From Antedon mediterranea (lineage: Eukaryota; Animalia; Echinodermata), in the NCBI RefSeq assembly GCF_964355755.1, contig NC_092672.1, positions 1,736,001 to 1,800,000 on the forward strand: DNA of 64,000 bases, written 5' to 3'. A program made the position numbers and the translations under genes. Below, piece by piece: positions 22,692-34,420 of the stretch; position 1 is the stretch's first letter, and each line of letters starts with the position of its first letter. The notes beneath the pieces were generated by a model. It made no database searches and was not told the origin of the DNA. It worked only from the letters and a program-made list of their open reading frames with translations.

Positions 22692-25600
22692 GGCAGCATG
22701 ACGTCATATTACTGGCATTTAAAATTACACGTACAAAACCATTCTTATCTAAATGCAAAGTCAAAAATGTATTGTTTAATGGCGGAAATCATCGGATCAA
22801 AGAGAACCGACTACACAAAGGACTTGTGTATCAAAATAATTATTTCCAGTGACTTTAACATTTGGAGGAGGGGAACACTTTTATTGTTAAATAATAGATA
22901 GCTTTGTCTGCCCTTCCTGTCACTCCGCGTTGTTTGCCCGGCCGCCGGTCACTCCTTAATATCTACATACAGTAGATGGAGTTGTAAATTAACTAATCCT
23001 AGTTTGTACAAAAATTCTATTCTGTAAGAAAATATTTTTCAATTTTATAAAATCTAAGCTTTTTGGGCTATCCTGAAAAATCTTTATAAATGAATTATTT
23101 GTCAATATAAATATGATCACTTTGTATATATTTTTATGAGGATTTTCCTAAAAAATTAAATCAAAGACGCCTTTTTGACAGGCACTATATTTTCACCAGC
23201 CATGACATGAATCATCTTCTTGTTAACCAATTTAATTTTATTAATTTAATTTTGGACTATAATTTTTTTAAGCATTATTTTTTTTATCTTTATAAAATTC
23301 TATTTTTTGTCTCGTGTATTTTGTGAGATCATTAGGCACCCTCAGAGGGTCCCTCTAACGATCAGCTTCGGTTGGACCACACTCGTAAAATATTGTTGAA
23401 ATCAAATAAATATTTAAAAAAAGGTGTGAGCAAACAAATAATTTGCTACAGTAACGGTAAACATTTCCATCAATCATTCATGTCTCACTCACCTCAAAAT
23501 ATAATGTAAAATATAAGTCAGAAATTCATCACATAAAAATAAATATTTATCACATTATTGTGAAGTGACCGTACTGACGGGATGCAATGTTTTCAAGGAG
23601 ATTCTCCACTCTGGGCGACTCCTATGCCCTTCTTGGCTCTCTACTATTACAAAGAAAAACTGACCAACGTCATAATGGCCTGGATTGAATCAACAGCAGA
23701 AGACGACGCGTCGTCGTCCACGGAGCTATACAAAGCTCAATGACGTACACATGGCAATCCGGACGGTACGACACAAACACACTAAATATCCTGTTGTCAA
23801 ATCGAAATCCTTTGTTAATCAATTATCTATCCTGATTGATTGATCCAACAGAAGAACAACTGGTCATCTTACCTTGGAAAAAAAATCACTGTATTATATG
23901 TGGATACACTACTATCTACTACTCTACATTTGTCACCTTCTTTCACTGACAGGACGAACACAAGTGATATGAATGACCAGAAAAGTTGTTTTGACAATTA
24001 AACACGCGTGGTTGTGTACTCTGTACGTCCAGGTCGCGCTTGAGTAAATTTGTCCAATCAGCAGGCGGCGACACAGAATAATGGGATATTCACCGCCACA
24101 CCAAGAGTAGATCTCAAAAATAATTTTTGTTTGTTCGTCCAGTTTTAAATATAACATGTAGGCTAGTTTGGTTCTGAGGTATAGGCCCTACCCTTAAAAA
24201 CTATGAAGCCCCTCCTGCAAGTTGATAAAACTGGTTAGTTAGCAGAGCCTCTGGAACTATTTAATTGGACTACTAATACTAATATATCCCGTAATATATT
24301 TACTGTAATAGGATGGTATGAATGAAAATCGGATAGTTTAAAATCTAGAGATTTCATTACAATTAAAACCTAATAATTTATGCCTACCGATTTATGTTTT
24401 CTGATAACCTAATTGTCTATTCTTCTTCCATCCCATGGTAATGGGGCGAGGGTACCGATATGACGACGAGACTTACCGGAGAGAGACTGTGTAGCATTTT
24501 GAATGACCAGACGACATTAATTTACTAAGTTTACTTACTGTATCACTGATTTACTAACGTTATAGAGAACAAGCCGACTTAAAATTGAGTTAAAATACTG
24601 TATACCTATTAATGCTTCCATTCATTCTGTGACAGTTGCACTGGCTGCAGTAGTACCACGCGTACAGCTGAACTACAGTATACAAAATATAGTATCAGGC
24701 CTGGGAAGAGTGACGCTGTAGAGAGACCCGTGGCTGTATTCACCATTAATCTCCTAAGTGAATACAATTTAAGGCATATACTTAAATATTTATTGAGTTA
24801 AGTGAAATACTTAATATTTAATAAGAGAAATAATGATTGGCGAATACGATCACATGATCTAACAATTTGTCTCAGTCAGGATGTAGCATTTCGAGAGAAA
24901 AAAATCATCAATGACCAGAATACGTTTAGTAATAGTATAGTATACATTCACCTACTGTTCTACTTAGGCCTACACACATTAATAAACACGTTTATTATGA
25001 TAGGAGCACAAGGAGACCTTGTTGTGATGCTCCTATTTCTCATTGCCAAACCTACCTTAACATGTACGTACATCCATTACAAATTATTTACTTGTGACAA
25101 AAATACTTGTCACCAGTGCTTATATATGGCAGCGCGCACATCAGCTGTGTTATGCTAATTCATAATTTGCATAAACATGACACTGTTCTGTATGTTATTC
25201 AACATTGAGGGCACCAAATTAAATTATTAACTAACACTGATGATAAAGATGATTTCACGTCAATCAGACGATATTATAAATCTAAGAATAACTACGTTCA
25301 CACACGTACGGCGTGAAAACTGGCGTTGCTTACGAAACATCATTACGAGTTATTGAATCACGATCAAACAGGATCTGATTATTAAATCATTACACCGGTA
25401 CTCCATGATTAATGAGAAAACAATTTCATCTGGTTTCGATTTTAGTAATAAGAGTTCATAAATTATAAAGCTGTGGAAAAACTTATGTAAAGGGTCTAAC
25501 CTGTTCCGCCGACACGGTTCCGGCGCCGGCACATCAAATCGAACGTCGCGCGAGGTGGTTTCCCGATGGGAACGTACGCGATCAACGTTAGTCAAGACGG

Positions 25601-25937
25601 TTTGTGTGGAAAACTTACGTCTAGTCATGAAAGTTTCGTCCACTCTAGCTAGGCAGCTACCTAGACGAAACTGTCTTGACTAACCAGTAAGTTTTTCAAC
25701 GTCACTGGTGTATGAACTCTATCTCATTAAGAAACAGATTAATATTCAGGCTACACACGACGTGTATTTTCTCTCAGTTCTAAAAATTTAACTTGTTTAG
25801 TGAGTGATGAGCTGGAGTTAAGGTCACTCTATCATCATCATCATGTCATGGAGAAATACATTTATTTTCAAAGTGCCATAAATTAAGCCCAGCCTCCTTT
25901 CAAGTTGTCAGATCGATTATAGGTTTATGGTCAGAAG

Positions 25938-25984
25938 CAGGGAAGAGTTAAATTACAATTTAATTGTAATTTAACTCTTCCCTG
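25938..25984. mobile_element. 47-bp perfect hairpin insertion with 8-bp TSD GTCAGAAG
   Basis: CAGGGAAGAGTTAAATTACAATT-T-AATTGTAATTTAACTCTTCCCTG (23-bp perfect arms); TSD at 25930-25937 and 25985-25992. Confidence 0.85.
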
Positions 25985-26260
25985 GTCAGAAGAAATCGGT
26001 CGCGGTTGAAATCAACTTCCGGTATTTATAAAAAGGAGGAGCGCTGCTTGGTGTTTTATCTTCTTATCTGTACATTATTGCCATTTATTATTGTTATCTA
26101 CCTAGCAAAACAAATAATGTAACAATAATAATAATATTTTACATTGTTGTTATTTTTAGTCCGTTTATATGTATCTTCGGAATTTGCTGAAAATCGACAT
26201 TTCTTTGTTCTTACGAAGACATATGCTATCTACTATGCCAAACTAAATTGGATGATGTTA

Positions 26261-26430
26261 AGCTTTGTCTACACGTAGGCTACTTTCAAACTTTATGTGA
26301 CAAACAAATTTGATGTGCCCAAATATGGTAGTGATATGTTTAAATATGATAGTTATATGACATTATTATGTCCATTTATGGGCACATCACATTTTTTTGT
26401 CACATAAAGTTTGATAGTGTGGACAGAGCT
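26261..26430 (-). mobile_element. MITE family A copy (reverse orientation)
   Basis: AGCTTTGTCTACAC...GTTTGATAGTGTGGACAGAGCT. Confidence 0.7.
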
Positions 26431-27300
26431 TTAGAATCTAGACGAGAAGTAAACCAGCTTACTTTCCTCTATAAAATTATGAAAAATAAAATCAACATTA
26501 AACCAGATGCCTGCCTACCGAAGATAGATAGACCACGAAGGGGCCTGCCTACCGAAGATAGATAGACCACGAAGGGGCTTGCCTACCGAAGATAGATAGA
26601 CCACGAAGGGGCCTGCCTACCGAAGATAGATAGACCACGAAGGGGCCTGCCTACCGAAGATAGATAGACAACGAAGGGGCCTGCCTACCACCAAAGATAG
26701 ATAGACCACGAAGGGCCTGCCTACCGAAGATAGATAGACCACGAAGGGGCCTGCCTACCGACGATAGATAGACCACGAAGGGGCTTGCCTACCGAAGATA
26801 GATAGACCACGAAGGGGCCTGCCTACCGAAGATAGATAGACCACGAAGGGCCTGCCTACCGAAGATAGATAGACCACGAAGGGGCCTGCCTACCGAAGAT
26901 AGATAGACCACGAAGGGGCCTGCCTACCGAAGATAGATAGACCACGAAGGGGCCTGCCTACCGAAGATAGATAGACCACGAAGGGGCCTGCCTACCGAAG
27001 ATAGATAGACTGACCACGAAGGAGTAATGCCGCCCAACTTATTGAAGTAGCAGCAAAAACAAATATTTATTTAAATTCGTTTCTACCGAAAACCGCCAGA
27101 AAATGAAACAAACTACCCTAAGGTACAATGATGGAAGCCCCAAACCATGGAGTAAAGAATATTCTTTACTCCATGCCCAAACCAATATGACAAATTCAAA
27201 GAGATTATCTCAACTTAGGCAAGCCATTCCTCCAAGGCCTCTTTGTTACGACTTCCAAGTGGAGTATAAAGAGGATAACAACCAAGTACCAAGTAGTAAG
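26431..27300 (+). mobile_element. Degenerate 3' fragment of a CR1/L2-group LINE carrying an expanded minisatellite
   Basis: LESRREVNQLTFLYKIMKNKINIKP...KTNIYLNSFLPKTARK*NKLP matches the C-terminal SFFPRTxxxWNxLP pattern of CR1/L2 ORF2; short (ACCAAGT)2 tail. Confidence 0.7.
26510..27010 (+). repeat. 34-bp minisatellite (CCTGCCTACCGAAGATAGATAGACCACGAAGGGG), about 15 copies
   Basis: Direct reading. Confidence 0.95.
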
Positions 27301-27417
27301 ACAAATAAAGTTTCTTACAGTATCTTGCAATATTTATTTAGATGTCACACATGCGTAGATGGTACGTCCATAAATCTGAATCACGCTGCCAAATGAGATG
27401 ATGAAAATATAGTTTAA

Positions 27418-28043
27418 AGACCCCTTCCCTGCAATTTTGGACGTTTTTTGGAAAATAATACATATATATCACTTTAAAAACATTAAACCATGTCATTCCT
27501 TGTCTTAAATGTACGTTTTATGGTAAATTATGATAAAAAGTGAGAAACAATGCACTACCTAAGTAGCTCGCGGCGATCGACCTCTCGTGGACGGTCTCAG
27601 GCCTAGCCTAGCTAGGCTTAGTTTTGTAGGCCTAGCTGGTAAACATCGGTAACGTACGAACATCGTACGCTAGCTATATACCTAGCCTGACGTTGTATAG
27701 TTGCTGCATTAATTGTCTTTCTATTTTTGCCAGACTCCGTTGATACAAATTGGGGAAAACCCGGTATTTTCGCTGAAAAGTAAGGAGTCTTCCATTTGTT
27801 TTGGCTTCACGATCGATCGAAAAGTGGGCGAATTACAGGTGAAAAACAACAATATCAATCCGCGCGCAATGCATTTTGGGATTTATAGCGGGCCGCTATA
27901 ATTATTAAAATCGATTTATTTTTCACATTTTTAACCGTTTAAAGACGAAAAAAGTTATCGCAATAGGACCATATAGTATTATTTTTACATTAAATATAGT
28001 TTGTGATCTTAAATTAGATCTAAAAAACGTAGGGAATGGGGCT
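27418..28043 (+). mobile_element. 626-bp non-autonomous TTAA-targeting DNA transposon (Kolobok-like), copy 1
   Basis: TTAA|AGACCCCTTCCCTGC...GTAGGGAATGGGGCT|TTAG; near-identical to 44727-45352. Confidence 0.8.
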
Positions 28044-29431
28044 TTAGTTTAATAGGCATTTACTACTACTAAATAGTGATAGATATATCGATTGTCTCAA
28101 CTGTCGGCGAAATGTCCTGTAGGCGAAATGGCCTTTCGGCAAAATGCCCGATCGGTGAGCGAATAGTCTGCGGCCAGTAGTCTGACGGCGAAGTGGAGTT
28201 CGGCAAAAGGGTATGCACCGGAGAGTATAAAATGAAAAATCTCTCTTACCTTTGTTGATATTGGGAGTATAGTACAAGGCTTGGGAGGACAGGATAAATT
28301 CAACCAACCTCTAGAGCAAGTAAAAAGACTTAAGTGATGCACATGAATGCACCCAAGCATTGAGGAGGAGGGAATGCTTGACGATGTACCACAAAATGGG
28401 TTTATTGACCTCTCTAGTCTAAACTCAACGCCGCCACATACCATTGGGAATTACTCATTGACGGATAAAACTGTCCATCGTTTATATATTCATGATGTCC
28501 TTCAAAAAGCAGGTTTTCAATTGGATCATCATCATCATTATGGAAACAAAAGTTGTCAAACGTGGATTAAAAAATACCATTATTGCATATCTTTGTAATT
28601 CCTCCGTACCGTACCTACCAATTTAAATACGCCGTGGTTATGATTCCGGCACCGGAACTCAATTACTGCCCACCGTTAGGGAATCCGACACGCTATTGCG
28701 CATGCCCAGAGCGCCGGTAATCGGCGACTCTATACTTTATCAACAGGATGGATCATTTCATAGCTCCGCCACGGCGAACTAGCGTAGATGCCTACTAATA
28801 CGGGATCCACTAATTAGTAAATACTACTAGGCTATGCCTACCAGCTAAACGTGACCAGTGGGCCTATATTTATTTTGTAATTAAAAAGTGGTTGCTTCAT
28901 TCATATATAAACTTCATATAGGGCCTAATTATGAATTATATGATTACATGTTGACCAGTTTTATGATTTTTCAAGTACAAAATAAAAGATTTCATATAAC
29001 GCATTATAACTGTACATAACATGCAATCACAAGTTAATTTGTTGACGGCAGCCACGGCGTGGATGTGAAAAAACTGTTTGGGAAGTCGGGGTCGCAACGT
29101 TACGATTCTTACGGTAGATAGATACCGATTCTTATTAATATCATAATAATTATTTTAACGCGTGGCGTAGTCGTATTTTAATTATTAATTCATGTATGGC
29201 CTAGGCCAAGTTTCATCAATCGCTCTCTTTAAATAAAGTCGGTGTGATATAGAGAGTTGATCAGGGTGGTCATAAACTACGCAGCATCTGCCCTGCCGCA
29301 TCGTCATATCAAATTTAAGTTCGATCTTATTTTAGATTGTATACACATTTCGACTGAGGGCAGCAAACCAATATTTCAGAAATACATTTTGCGACTGGTG
29401 GTCCCTCAGTCAGGCATGACTGACAACTGAG

Positions 29432-31043
29432 CATAGTTGCCATTTCTGGCATTATTATGCTTTTTGGCATTATTTGGAGGCCCACGGCATCTGGCATAAT
29501 GCCGCGGCATTATTTAGCCGTTTTTAGCATAATCTGGCATAATTTTGTGTTTTTTGAACAACCAAAAAAATAATATACCACAGAACAAAATTAAAATATT
29601 TTGTTTATAAATCTTGCAATTTAATACATATTATCACCTTATACAATATCATATCGTACAAAACAGATCTGTTCGGGTTTTCCGTACAATACAGTAGTTC
29701 TTCCATCCTTTCGTTTCGGACTTAATCGACTCTTCGGATAGGAAGGCTGCTCGAAAACTACCGTGTGTGCGATATTATAGGCAGTACAACAAATCCGAAG
29801 AGGCTAGCTATTGGCCAATTATGTTGCTCTATTTCAGAGTTCATGCAGGTTATTGGATCCCCACGGGTGTAGAGACAATTGAACGAAAACATTATGAAAG
29901 GGGTTTTGTTTTTTCAGTTCATAATTATAAAGCGGCCGCACCCCTACCCCAACCCTTAAAATGTCAATTTCTGGTAACTTAGAAGCTCTAATTTTAAAAA
30001 GAATTTCTTCTAGAGAATTTGTTTTCCATATTTCAAATTATGTTCCATTTGAATCGTCGTAGCAACCCTATTTTTCCAAATGTTCTTCACCTTTCAGCCC
30101 CAGTAGTGGGCGAGGTAATTTTTATTTCAAATTAAGTGCCATTTCCGCCCATCGAGCAGCTCTATTTTTCCAATTTTTTTTACCTCAGCCCCAACCATGG
30201 TGGGGCTGAGGTCCTAAAGACACTTATATATTTTTATTTCCTATTTTAAATTATAATTGCCATTTTCGAACTATGGTGGGCTAAGATCCTGGAGGTACTA
30301 ATAAATATATTTTTATTTCATATTTTAAATTAAGTGCCATTTCCGGCCATCGAGCAGCTCTATTTTTCCAAATTTTCGTACCTCAGCCCCAACCATGGTG
30401 GGGCTGAGGTCCTGGAGACACTTAATATATATTTTTATTTCCTATTTTCCATTATAATTGCCATTTTCGAACTATGGTGGCCTATGTTTCTGGAGACACT
30501 ATATTTTTATTTCATATTTTAAATTAAGTAGCATTTCCGGCCATCAGCATTTTTCCAAATTTTCTTATCAACCATGGTGGGGCTGAGGTCCGGGAGACAC
30601 TTTAATATATAATTGCCATTTTATAATTATGGTGGGCTAAGATCCTTTCATATTTTAAATTAAGTGCCAAGATCGAGCAGCTCTCATATCTCAGCTAAAA
30701 AATTCTAAATTTCGATGTGTAACAGGTTTTTTTTTTGTGGGGGGGGGGGGGCGTGGGTTCGTGTTGGTGAGTGTCATTTGCAATTACCATTTTTGCACCC
30801 CAGATATTTTTAGAATTATTAGTTATTTCTCACAAAACTAAAAATATAAATTTTGAACGACATAGGGATACAATTTTAGGCCCTATTTTGTGTCAGTTGG
30901 GGTTTTACAAACGTTTATTAGACATACAACCGTTGGTGGCGCTGTTTAGGGAAACATTTTGGGGATCTGGCATTATTTTTCCCAATCTGGCATTATTTGA
31001 GACAGGATACGGCATAATTTAAATTTTATTGCTGGCAACGCTG
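29432..31043. mobile_element. 1.6-kb non-autonomous hAT element with 8-bp TSD CAACTGAG
   Basis: TIRs CATAGTTGCCA / TGGCAACGCTG; TSD at 29424-29431 and 31044-31051; subterminal GGCATTATT/GGCATAAT repeats; internal roughly 200-bp tandem units at 30130-30680. Confidence 0.85.
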
Positions 31044-31120
31044 CAACTGAGCCTCAACTATAACAACAATAATGTACAGTTTGTAGGCCTAGGCCCTCGT
31101 ATCGGTCTATTTATTATTTA

Positions 31121-34115
31121 ATGATGGACAAAAATAATGTAGAGTACACGTCTTCATTGTTAGCGTTATTGCAAATAGTTGATTCAGGTAATTGCGACGG
31201 AGGCTCTCCTCAATGATGTCTTTTCAATTTCAATTTTCAATTTCAGTCTTTGTTGTCATTCATTCTCTTGAACTAACACCAGCACAGCAGCAGCAGGACG
31301 TTGTAAAATAAGTTATTTTACAACTCCCTGAGCTGCAGCAGCATCAAGTTAGGTGCGAAAGTACAGTAGCGCCATTGGGCCTCAAATGTAATTGCTAAAA
31401 AATGTAATTGCTAAAATAATGTACCTGTACTATAATTAAAATATTGTACATAGATAGGCCTACATTTAGTAGGCCCGGCCTATAGCCACTATAAAAAAAA
31501 GTCATATGAAAGGGCCTTTTCAATCACCCATCATCAATTAAAATATAAATCATATTAATTGTAATTTTTTATTTGTCTTTTAGGATTTCCAACTGGCGGT
31601 TTTTCTCATAGTCTTGGATACGAATCTGCAGTAAAACATGGGCACATCAGAAGCAAAAAGCAACTAACAGAGTTTGTCATCACTGTTTTAGAAAATATTG
31701 GTATGAAAGGCTAATGCTGCATTATCAATCAATTTTTTCACCATCATGATGGATGGATACCTTATGAATAATTCATGAGAAAAGAAATGTAATTGATTTA
31801 GAAAATGCAACGTGGCAACTATGTAGCATGTTAGTTTAGTCACCTAATTTTGCAGCGCATTGTGGCAGACCTAATTTAGCGTGAAATAAAACTAATTGCT
31901 AGCTCGCACAATCAACAGGAATAAAAGTTCTTAAATCTGGAAAATCTTCAGGCTTTACTCAATCATTGTCTTTGATTTATGTTTTATCATTGAAATTCAT
32001 CAAAGGTTACCTTTATATATAATACACAAAGATAAGCTCCCATAATTGATATTTTATCAGTTTCTGTTGTATAACAAACCGATTGTATTTTATTTATACT
32101 TAGGCTCTTCTAGTCTTCCTCTGCTGTGTGAGGCCTACAAGCAGTCTGGGGACATGAGCAAGATTATTGCCCTTGATGAATACACTGAAGCATGCCTTAG
32201 CAATCACATTGCAAACCGATCAAGTGTACAACAGGTACACTACTAGCTTTAATCAGGGAGGTATTAAAATAAAATATTGGTATGGAAGGCTAATGCTGCA
32301 TTATCAATTATTTTATTTAATACAATATTTTTATTCCCCCCCTGCTTTAATATTAATGATTTCTCATTTCATGAAACACATACCTCCAAAAATGAATAGG
32401 TACGCTTTTTACTCTCTGCTAAAGTTTCATGCACACTTTTATAAAAAAAAAATGATATTTTAATTTCAAGTTGGGAGATCTGCCATTAAACACTTTATAA
32501 TGTTCATACCAGGAAACTTTGTGGAAAAAATAGAAATTTTCTTTTTCAATTTAATCAATGTTTTTTATTTTTTTCAGGGGAAGTCGTTGATTGCATCTTC
32601 GAGTGAAACTTTTAAAGATAAAAGGATGTTAAACATCAAGGTATTCCTTCTTGATTTCACATTTTTAAATTTTATTTTATTTTTTTAAGTACATAGTAAA
32701 TTAATCACTGTCCTATCATATAGGTGGTAACCCCTTGTTATTGTTGGTTTTCCCTTATTAAAAAATGTATTTTGTAGTTTTACTTTACTTTGATTCTATG
32801 ATTCATTGACATAATAATAATAATAATGATAATAATAATGATGATGAATATTCATTTGTAATAATAATAATGATGAATATTCATTTGTAATAATAATAAT
32901 GATGAATATTCATTTGTAATAATAATAATAATGATGAATATTCATTTGTAATAATAATAATGATGAATATTCATTTGTAATAATAATAATGATGAATATT
33001 CATTTGTAATAACAATAATGATGAATATTCATTTGTAATAATAATAATGATGAATATTCATTTGTAATAATAATAATGATGAATATTCATTTGTAATAAT
33101 AATAATGATGAATATTCATTTGTAATAATAATAATGATGAATATTCATTTGTAATAATAATAATGATGAATATTCATTTGTAGGATAATATTCAATCTGG
33201 AAAGGTGAAAGGTCATCAGCCTGTAATGTATGGTTGCGTTTGCTCGTTTCTCAACATCAGCCTTGAGGACGCTCTCATTTCCTTTCTCTTCAGTTCTCTG
33301 CGTACAATTCTAGCAAGTTCGGTTCGTCTTGGTGACATGGGACCCCTCGAGGTAGGTCTGATGCAGGAACTGAATGATAATAATGTTTGCGAAAGCTTCG
33401 CCTTCGTGACATCCATGAGACCCCTAAATGTTTATTAGTGTTATATTTCATTTTTTGAAGACTCTTATCTTAATTGTGATGATATTTCACCCATAATCCT
33501 TTGGGGTGTAAGTATAATTTTTTTTTATTTTCAGGCTCAACGAATTCAGTTTGAATTACAAGCCTGCCTGCCAAACATCATAGAAAGGTATACTATCCAT
33601 TTGTATTGATTTTTACGCTGTTGTTATTCCTTTATATATTGTTTTTTTTTCTGATTTGTTCAAAAATTGCTATTAATCAAGAGAAAAACCCATCAAGTAT
33701 TTTTCTATATTATTACTATATTACTATATGTAATAGAAGCTGGAGTTGTTTACTTTTTTATAGCTCATTCCTTTATGTCTATCTAGATTGTCACCAATGG
33801 GAGTTTTTATTTTTGTTTATCATTATATATAGGTATGACACACCATGTGTGCCAAAATACTTTTCTTTTTACGAATATTATGCCGAAATGACATCTGGAA
33901 CTTTGTCTAGATAGGACTGTGTAATTTAATTAAAACATTCAAACAAGATGTCTGTTGTCTCATTATGCAATATTTCATCTTATTTGAATTTATTTATTTT
34001 GCATTATTTCAGAAATAAAGACAAGACTGTTGATGACGTTTGCCTGTCCAATCCTCTAGCTGACATCTTCCAAAATTCTCACGATCTTTTGTTTTCAAGA
34101 CTTTTTTATTCCTGA
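31121..34115 (+). CDS. ureF: Urease accessory protein F, 7 exons (31121-31187, 31584-31700, 32104-32234, 32578-32640, 33184-33351, 33535-33587, 34013-34115), 233 aa
   Basis: In-phase GT-AG splicing yields LLQIVDSGFPTGGFSHSLGYESA...NHIANRSSVQQGKSL...GHQPVMYG...LASSVRLGDMGPLEAQRIQ...PLADIFQNSHDLLFSRLFYS*. These are the hallmark UreF motifs DSxxPxGxFxHSxGxE, SxxxG, VRLxxxGP and the terminal HxxLxSRLFxS. Confidence 0.93.
32812..33181 (+). repeat. About 29-bp tandem repeat (AATAATAATAATGATGAATATTCATTTGT) running into the ureF exon 5 acceptor
   Basis: Direct reading; about 12 copies. Confidence 0.93.
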
Positions 34116-34264
34116 AAAATGTATTATTAAACGTTAATATTTTTATCTGTACAGAGAGTACAACTTGCATTATTTGGCTTAGAAACTTTGGCCTAAATAA
34201 CTTGGCGTAATAAGATGCAAGTGTTTCCAGTATTCAGTGGGCAGCCTATTTTTAAAATTAGATT

Positions 34265-34420
34265 TCATTTTAAGCAGTTTATATCAGCTGCTGCTTTTAC
34301 GGATTTTTTCGAGAGCTCTTTCAACTTTCGTAAGTCCTTGATTGACACCGACGTGTTTAAGGTCATGTCATGAATAATGTTGCCGAACCTCTGTTTCAAA
34401 AAGTGTGGCGTGTTTCTGAA
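34265..34420 (-). mobile_element. Possible short Penelope-like retroelement N-terminal remnant
   Basis: KDLRKLKELSKKSVKAAADINCLK resembles the LRKxEKLxxKxxKxxLDIxFL pattern recalled from invertebrate Penelope ORF N-termini; truncated. Confidence 0.3.

Noticed and set aside
28097-28600. Minus-strand exon-like stretch ending in CAAAG|GTAAG with a PFCG word reminiscent of serine proteases
   Set aside because: No frame gives a recognisable domain and stops interrupt the candidates; it could be a non-coding exon but is unsupported.
31121-34115. ureF as bacterial or symbiont contamination
   Set aside because: Six spliceosomal introns with host-like composition, and contiguity with metazoan genes and repeats.
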